Shown here piece by piece: positions 58,548 through 64,000 of a stretch of DNA of 64,000 bases. The notes beneath the pieces were generated by a model. The model did not search any database, was not told the DNA's origin, and worked only from the letters and a program-made list of their open reading frames with translations. The stretch covers positions 3,235-67,234 of the forward strand of contig JBNJDZ010000007.1 in the NCBI GenBank assembly GCA_051745385.1, given 5' to 3'. The first letter of the stretch is position 1; every line of letters starts with the position of its first letter. Both the position numbers and the translations under genes were made by a program. Origin of the DNA: Pseudomonadota bacterium (GTDB taxonomy: Bacteria > Pseudomonadota > Gammaproteobacteria > Enterobacterales > Alteromonadaceae).

Positions 58548-60326
58548 ATGTCAAATACCCAAACGGGTCTGTCGTTTAACGACATGGCCTTACCTAGTGC
58601 TGTGCTTGAACAATTAAACGCAATGCAGTTTTTAACTCCTACTCCTATCCAGCTGCAGGCTATTCCTGCTTTGCTTGAAGGTCAGGATGTATTGGGTGAA
58701 GCTCAGACAGGTACCGGTAAAACTGCCGCTTTTGGTTTACCAGCACTGGCAAAAATTGATGCGTCGGTTAAGCAAACTCAGGTATTAGTAGTAACGCCAA
58801 CTCGTGAGCTGGCTATTCAGGTAGCTGAAGCACTGGAAGGTTTTGCTGCAAAAATGCGTGGCGTTGGCGTAGCAACCGTTTATGGTGGCGCACCATTTGG
58901 TCCTCAGGTTAAAGCCCTGAAGCAGGGAACCGCCATTGTTGTTGGTACCCCGGGTCGTCTTATCGACTTATTAAATAAAAACGTTCTGCAACTGGACGGT
59001 TTGAAAGTGGGTGTTCTGGATGAAGCTGATGAAATGCTTAACATGGGTTTCATTGAAGACATCGAAACGATTTTAAAAGCTGTACCGAATACGGCGCAAC
59101 GCGCACTATTCTCAGCAACCATGCCAAATGCCATTCGCAAACTGGCAAAAACTTTCTTAAAAGATCCGCTGAACATTCAGATTGAAGCCATTGCTCGCGA
59201 AAAGGCGACCATTAAGCAGAAAGCCTGGAAAGTTCAGGGCATGACTAAAATGACCGCTCTGACGCGTTTACTGGAAGTAACTCCTTACCAACGAGCGTTA
59301 ATTTTCGTACGTACTCGTCAGGATACAATGGACGTGGCGGAGTTATTGCAGCGCAATGGCTTTAAAGCAGCGCCATTAAGTGGTGATTTGAACCAGGCTC
59401 AGCGTGAGCAAACGGTTAGCCAGTTACGTAGTGGACACATCGAAATTCTGGTAGGAACCGACGTTGTTGCTCGTGGCTTAGATGTTCCTGAAATTACGCA
59501 CGTTATTAACTATGACTTACCAAGCGATACTGAATCTTATGTTCACCGTATTGGACGTACTGGTCGTGCGGGCCGTACAGGTGAAGCGATTTTGTTCTTC
59601 CGTGCAAAAGAGCGTCATTTGTTGCGTCACTATGAGCGCTTAACCAATGCACCAGTTGAATTCTTTGAAGTACCAAACGCTAACGAACTGAGCAAGTATC
59701 GTCAGCAACAGTTATTGGAAAAGCTACAGGCGTCCTTAGCTCCGGAGACGGCAAGTGCTGATAAGCCTAAGCTTGAGAAGCTGTTAGGGCAGTGGCTGGA
59801 ACAGTCTGAATTGAGTGCTGAAGAAATTGCATTAGCTCTTCTGACTCAACAGAACGAGCAGCGTCCACTGTTCCTGAAAGAAGACCGTCCTGTGCGCGAA
59901 ATGCGCAGTGAACGTTCAGGTCGCAATGAGCGCAGTGATCGTGGTGATAAGCGCAAACCTCGTGCAGAGCGTACGACAAGTCGTGCAGCAGATGTGGATT
60001 TTGAAACCTACAAAATTCAGGTTGGCCGCGAACATGGTGCTCGTCCTGGTGACATCGTTGGTGCTATTGCTAACGAAGCTTCAATGGACAGCAAGTACAT
60101 TGGTCAAATTCAGTTGTTTGATAATCATTCTTTAGTGCAGCTACCAAAGGGTATGCCGAAAGATATTATGCATGTACTGAAAAAAGCCCGTGTGCGTCAG
60201 CAGCCAATGGGTCTTGAGTTAAGCGATGAGCAAGTAAAACGTGCGCCACGCCCACCGCGTGACCGTGATGCTCGCGGCGGACCCAAGCGCAACTCCGGTA
60301 AGGGTGCTGCGCGCCGTTTTAATTAA
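58548..60326 (+). CDS. deaD: ATP-dependent DEAD-box RNA helicase DeaD/CsdA
   Basis: Carries a Q-motif, AQTGTGKT, DEAD (VLDEADEML), SAT, HRIGRTGRAG, a DbpA-like RNA-binding domain and a basic R/G-rich tail. The length is 592 aa. Confidence 0.95.
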   Translation: MSNTQTGLSFNDMALPSAVLEQLNAMQFLTPTPIQLQAIPALLEGQDVLGEAQTGTGKTAAFGLPALAKIDASVKQTQVLVVTPTRELAIQVAEALEGFAAKMRGVGVATVYGGAPFGPQVKALKQGTAIVVGTPGRLIDLLNKNVLQLDGLKVGVLDEADEMLNMGFIEDIETILKAVPNTAQRALFSATMPNAIRKLAKTFLKDPLNIQIEAIAREKATIKQKAWKVQGMTKMTALTRLLEVTPYQRALIFVRTRQDTMDVAELLQRNGFKAAPLSGDLNQAQREQTVSQLRSGHIEILVGTDVVARGLDVPEITHVINYDLPSDTESYVHRIGRTGRAGRTGEAILFFRAKERHLLRHYERLTNAPVEFFEVPNANELSKYRQQQLLEKLQASLAPETASADKPKLEKLLGQWLEQSELSAEEIALALLTQQNEQRPLFLKEDRPVREMRSERSGRNERSDRGDKRKPRAERTTSRAADVDFETYKIQVGREHGARPGDIVGAIANEASMDSKYIGQIQLFDNHSLVQLPKGMPKDIMHVLKKARVRQQPMGLELSDEQVKRAPRPPRDRDARGGPKRNSGKGAARRFN

Positions 60327-60859
60327 TTAGCGTCTCGAAGTTCGGCCGGATGATCAACCATGATCATCTGGTCGATATCATATCCCCATTCATGAGCCTT
60401 AGCTAAGGCATAGTCAATATCATCCTGAGGAACATCAGGAGTCCGCGACAATAACCAAAAATATTCGTGTGAGTCACTGGTCACTATTGCTAACTGATAG
60501 TTGTCATCCAGCCAACTGACATAGTACCCACCGTAGAATGGCCAGAAAAAAGTCACTTTGTAAGCTGCTTCCATGTTTTCAACCGGCTTAGCCAGTCCAA
60601 TGGCTGTCTGCCACTCTTCGTCTTCAACATGATAACCGCGATTTGTAACCTCTAACGTACCATCACCGTTTAGACGGTATTCTGCTGTAACACCTTGCAG
60701 GCCTTCTTCAAAGCTGTGTGGCATACGGGCAATTTCGTACCATTTGCCTAAGTACCGCTTTGCGTCAAAGTCTTCTACAACATCGGCTACCGGTGTTGGC
60801 TGCGTGTTACAGGCACTCAGCAGAACGGTTAAAAGTAGTGGGATTATCCATTTAGTCAT
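60323..60859 (-). CDS. blc: Outer-membrane lipocalin Blc
   Basis: Lipobox LLSAC is present, with the lipocalin motif YLGKWYEIAR and YWLLSR. The length is 178 aa. Confidence 0.9.
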   Translation of the reverse strand: MTKWIIPLLLTVLLSACNTQPTPVADVVEDFDAKRYLGKWYEIARMPHSFEEGLQGVTAEYRLNGDGTLEVTNRGYHVEDEEWQTAIGLAKPVENMEAAYKVTFFWPFYGGYYVSWLDDNYQLAIVTSDSHEYFWLLSRTPDVPQDDIDYALAKAHEWGYDIDQMIMVDHPAELRDAN

Positions 60860-60870
60860 TGTTCTTCCTT

Positions 60871-62433
60871 TTATAGCTCGTTGATATTATCTAAATAAAT
60901 CTCGGCCTGTTTTATTAACGCCTGCTGTTCTTCGTCGGTTTTTTTACTCCAAAGCTGATACATCATGCGCATTCTGTGATTATCTTTAAACTGTTCTTTA
61001 TGACGCTCAATAAAATGCCAGTATAGGCTGTTAAAAGGGCAGGCTTTGTCTCCAGTTTTTTTCTTAGGATCATAATAGCACCCCTTGCAATAGTGCCCCA
61101 TTTTCTGCATATAGTTAGCACTGGCAATATAGGGCTTTGTGGCAATCACACCGTTGTCAGCATACTGACTCATACCTCTGGTATTAGGCATCTCTACCCA
61201 TTCAATAGCATCAATGTAAATACCAAGATACCAGTCGTCCAGAGCATCTGGTGATACACCCGCCAATAAGGCAAAGTTTCCGGTTACCATTAAACGTTGT
61301 ATATGGTGTGCATAAGCATACTCTAAGGATTGCTTAATAGAATGATGCAGGCAATTCATTTTTGTGTCGCCCGTCCAGTAAAAATGGGGCAAAGGGCTAC
61401 TATGATTCAAGGTGTTAAGGTTTTTGTAGTCAGGCATATGCGCCCAGTAAATTCCCCGGACGAATTCACGCCAGCCGATAATTTGGCGGCAAAAGCCTTC
61501 AATCTGAGCGATTGATATACTCTTTTGATTCTCAGACCAGGTATCAATAGCTGCTTTTACAACCTCTAGTGGATGTAACATTTTCGTGTTTAATGAGAAG
61601 GAGAGTCTGGAGTGATATAAACTCCAGTGGGCTTCCTTAAGCGTGTCTACTGTTGCCATGGTGTCCTGATAACGGCCAAAATTAGGCAGCCCAAACTGAC
61701 AAAAATGTTCAAGTAATTGTTTTGATTGTTGACGGTTTACCGGCCAGATTAATTGGTTCGGGGAGGCTTCTCCCATTGTCTGGATATGACATTTTTGCAG
61801 CAAAGCATCGATATCTGAGACGTCATTAAAAAATACCAGCGGAGGCTCTACATCTTGATCGGCAGGAATCTTTTTCTGGTTTTCTTTATCGTAATTCCAG
61901 CGACCTCCGACCGGACGACCATTCTCCATCAAAATATCGTATTGCTGGCGCACCTTTCGATAAAAGGTCTCCATTAGGTAGTTTTTGTTGTCGGGAAAGT
62001 ATTCTTTTAATGAATCCCGGGCAGTGAGGAAATGTTCAGTATCATACCAGTTTAACGTGATGTTCCTGGCTCCGGCCCAGCTTTTAAGTTGATGATCGAG
62101 TCGGTACTCGTCGGGTTGCTGACACTCCAGGGTTGCTCTATTGTTTTGCCCGATAATATACTCAAGATTCTGTGTCAGGCTTTGCTGATTGTCGCTGTCA
62201 TCGAGTTTAATATAGCGCACGCGGTGTCCAGCCGAATCTAATGCATTAGCAAAGGCCCGCATTGCGCTAAAAAAAGCCAAAACTTTTTGTCGATGGTGAA
62301 TGACATAGTCAGTCTCTTGTTTTAGCTCCATCATGACATAAAGTACGCCTTGCTCCTTTTGCCGGAACCAGGAGTGCCTGGCATTGAGTTGATCGCCGAG
62401 TATTAGCCGAACAGTATGAGTTGTCATAGTCAC
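60871..62433 (-). CDS. Cryptochrome/photolyase-family protein of the Fe-S bacterial (6-4) photolyase / CryPro type
   Basis: A 520-aa protein with four Cys spaced 88, 3 and 13 residues apart (NCLHH...HYCKGC...KACPF). This is identical to the [4Fe-4S] ligand spacing I recall for A. tumefaciens PhrB (C350/438/441/454) and R. sphaeroides CryB. Confidence 0.8.
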   Translation of the reverse strand: MTMTTHTVRLILGDQLNARHSWFRQKEQGVLYVMMELKQETDYVIHHRQKVLAFFSAMRAFANALDSAGHRVRYIKLDDSDNQQSLTQNLEYIIGQNNRATLECQQPDEYRLDHQLKSWAGARNITLNWYDTEHFLTARDSLKEYFPDNKNYLMETFYRKVRQQYDILMENGRPVGGRWNYDKENQKKIPADQDVEPPLVFFNDVSDIDALLQKCHIQTMGEASPNQLIWPVNRQQSKQLLEHFCQFGLPNFGRYQDTMATVDTLKEAHWSLYHSRLSFSLNTKMLHPLEVVKAAIDTWSENQKSISIAQIEGFCRQIIGWREFVRGIYWAHMPDYKNLNTLNHSSPLPHFYWTGDTKMNCLHHSIKQSLEYAYAHHIQRLMVTGNFALLAGVSPDALDDWYLGIYIDAIEWVEMPNTRGMSQYADNGVIATKPYIASANYMQKMGHYCKGCYYDPKKKTGDKACPFNSLYWHFIERHKEQFKDNHRMRMMYQLWSKKTDEEQQALIKQAEIYLDNINEL

Positions 62434-62546
62434 TTCAATTTAAAGAGCCACTCAATCAATACGCAGGCTCTGAGGATTCAGATCGGCATACCTAAATGAG
62501 CTAAAATATGGCATGATGCGCGGTAGTTTAAGATCCAGGAGTGATT

Positions 62547-63323
62547 ATGAATCAGGTTACAGAGAGCGGAAGCTCTTCAGAGCAAAACACAGTTAATGTT
62601 ATCTGTATTAAATGGGGTAAAAAGTACGGCTCAGATTACGTCAATACTTTGCACTCTATGGTCAGCCGCCATCTCAGTAGACCGTTCCGTTTTGTTTGTT
62701 TTACCGATGATTTTGAAGGCATTAATGACGACATTGAAGTAAAAGCCATTCCTAAAATTGGCTTTAAAGATTTTGATGAACAGCTTCCCTGGACTAAAGG
62801 ACATGGCTGGTTAAAACTGACTTGTTTTGCAAACCCTTTGTATGACCTTGAGGGGCCTACACTGTTTCTGGATCTGGACATTATTATTGTCGGCAGTCTC
62901 GACGAGTTCTTTGAGCCTGAAGGTGATTTCATGGTGATAAAAGAATGGGATAAATCAGACGCTACAGGTAACACCTCGGTATTCCGGTTCAATATCGGTG
63001 CACACGAAGACGCCTTAGAGCATCTGAAGAAAGACCCGGATGCAGCTACCGCCGAAGTACGGAATGAACAAGAGTACATTACGCACTTTGTCGACCGTCA
63101 GAACAAGCTGAAATACTGGCCGGAAAAGTGGTGTCGTAGCTTCAAACGTCATTGTTTGCGACCGTTTCCGTTAAGCTTTTTCCAGGAACCTCGTATACCT
63201 GAAGAAGCAAAAGTTATTATCTTCCATGGCAAGCCACACCCGGATGATGCATTAGAAGGCCGAAGCGGTAAGTGGTACCGGAAAGTTCTGCCGACTAAGT
63301 GGATTGCCGAGTACTGGCGTTAA
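62547..63323 (+). CDS. Putative glycosyltransferase-like protein with DXD motif (258 aa)
   Basis: INVICIKWGKKYG...FVCFTDD...LFLDLDIIIVGSLDEFF resembles GT-A fold DXD transferases. It lies 5 nt upstream of waaA. The ATG at 62547 is preferred to the GTG at 62541 because of AGGAG spacing. Confidence 0.55.
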   Translation: MNQVTESGSSSEQNTVNVICIKWGKKYGSDYVNTLHSMVSRHLSRPFRFVCFTDDFEGINDDIEVKAIPKIGFKDFDEQLPWTKGHGWLKLTCFANPLYDLEGPTLFLDLDIIIVGSLDEFFEPEGDFMVIKEWDKSDATGNTSVFRFNIGAHEDALEHLKKDPDAATAEVRNEQEYITHFVDRQNKLKYWPEKWCRSFKRHCLRPFPLSFFQEPRIPEEAKVIIFHGKPHPDDALEGRSGKWYRKVLPTKWIAEYWR

Positions 63324-63328
63324 AGAAT

Positions 63329-64000
63329 ATGAGACTATGGCTCTATGGAATACTATTGCGGCTGGTTACTCCAGCCGTTTTTGTCTGGTTGTGGCTGCGG
63401 GGCAAGAAGGATACCCGCTACCGTCGTGACTGGTCAGAAAGGCTTGCATTAGGCTCTGTTGATAAAAAGCTGCAGGGATGTCTTGTTATCCACAGTGTTT
63501 CTGTTGGGGAAACTTTAGCGGCTAAGCGATTAATAGAGCAGTTGTTGTATCAAAAGCCCGAACAAAAAGTACTGATTACTTGTATGACACCCACCGCGAG
63601 GGCGCTCATCCAGCAGCATTTTGGTGAGTCTGTCAGCTGTCGTTATTGGCCAATTGATACACCGGGTTCAGCGAAACGCTTTGTGAGTAAGCTGAAGCCT
63701 AAAGCGGTATGGATAATGGAGACCGAGCTTTGGCCGCAAATGCTGAACCATCTTTCCAAAGCTAATGTGCCTGTAAGCTTATTAAATGCCCGGCTTTCGG
63801 CGCGATCCGCCAAGGGTTACCGGCGTTTCCATTGGCTTATGAAGTCTGTATGGAAACAACTGACCCTGGTGTCGGTTCAAAATCAAGAAACTTCGCGTCG
63901 AATGAAGGTTTTTGGGGTATCACAGAGTCGACTTTTTGTAGACGGAAACCTTAAATACGATATCGAACTTTCCGGTAAGGATATCGATAAAGCTTACCCG
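63329..64000 (+). CDS. waaA: 3-deoxy-D-manno-octulosonic acid (Kdo) transferase WaaA, 5' part (runs off window)
   Basis: My own translation gives MRLWLYGILLRLVTPAVFVWLWLRGKKDTRYRRDWSERL...VIHSVSVGETLAAKRLIEQL, which parallels the E. coli WaaA N-terminus (..RGRKAPAYRKRWGER...MLHSVSVGETLAA). The frame stays open to position 64000. Confidence 0.88.
   Translation, partial: MRLWLYGILLRLVTPAVFVWLWLRGKKDTRYRRDWSERLALGSVDKKLQGCLVIHSVSVGETLAAKRLIEQLLYQKPEQKVLITCMTPTARALIQQHFGESVSCRYWPIDTPGSAKRFVSKLKPKAVWIMETELWPQMLNHLSKANVPVSLLNARLSARSAKGYRRFHWLMKSVWKQLTLVSVQNQETSRRMKVFGVSQSRLFVDGNLKYDIELSGKDIDKAYP

Noticed and set aside
60871-63323. An impression of lower GC content in the photolyase/glycosyltransferase region, suggesting horizontal acquisition.
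   Set aside because: Spot counts of individual 60-nt lines ranged from about 38% to 48% GC, overlapping values elsewhere in the window. Without a computed sliding-window GC and codon-usage analysis, the difference is not demonstrable.
1-64000. I searched by eye for CRISPR arrays, tRNA/rRNA genes, IS elements, integrases, phage genes, toxin-antitoxin pairs and defence-system hallmarks.
   Set aside because: I saw no regularly spaced direct repeats, no cloverleaf-like intergenic sequences (intergenic regions are too short and are otherwise accounted for), and no transposase-, integrase- or nuclease-like ORFs. Every ORF above about 110 aa that is not a shadow frame has a recognisable housekeeping identity. 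The window looks like ordinary core genome rather than an accessory island.

Overview
This window is a dense, syntenic core-chromosome segment of a gammaproteobacterium. MetJ-type met boxes, a CrbS/CrbR acetate-switch pair, norspermidine-type polyamine genes and a gsp cluster beside hslR-hslO suggest an Alteromonadales/Vibrio-like marine lineage; the exact taxon cannot be set without a database search. I support 56 protein genes at about 95% coding density. In order they are: iscR-iscS; msrA; ndk-rlmN-pilW-like-rodZ-ispG-hisS-yfgM-bamB-der; hslO-hslR; a complete type II secretion cluster gspCDEFGHIJKLMN; an MscS-family channel; metX-metY (direct sulfhydrylation); xseA; phoA; ppk-ppx; a small membrane protein; a porin; acs-crbR-crbS-murB-birA-coaX; a Sel1-repeat protein; carboxynorspermidine dehydrogenase and decarboxylase; a prolyl oligopeptidase; tmcA; an SNF-family Na+ symporter; zapE; a thioredoxin-TPR (CnoX/YbbN-like) protein; two aldehyde dehydrogenases; deaD; blc; an Fe-S (6-4) photolyase-type protein; a DXD glycosyltransferase-like gene; and the 5' part of waaA. 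I recognised no rRNA, tRNA, CRISPR array, transposase, integrase, phage or defence genes. I did not find convincing evidence for a novel multi-gene system and do not want to invent one. The most useful leads are regulatory or structural. (1) A family of 52-56 bp double-hairpin REP-like elements occurs at two loci. (2) A four-box MetJ operator abuts the metXY promoter. (3) Pho boxes lie in front of phoA and ppk-ppx. (4) The iscR-iscS pair has no scaffold or chaperone genes downstream, and its IscS is C-terminally short. (5) A photolyase-family gene shows the exact 88/3/13 cysteine spacing of Fe-S bacterial (6-4) photolyases. (6) The acs-crbRS module runs without a terminator into murB-birA-coaX. 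All start-codon refinements and motif calls were made by eye from the sequence and need computational confirmation.
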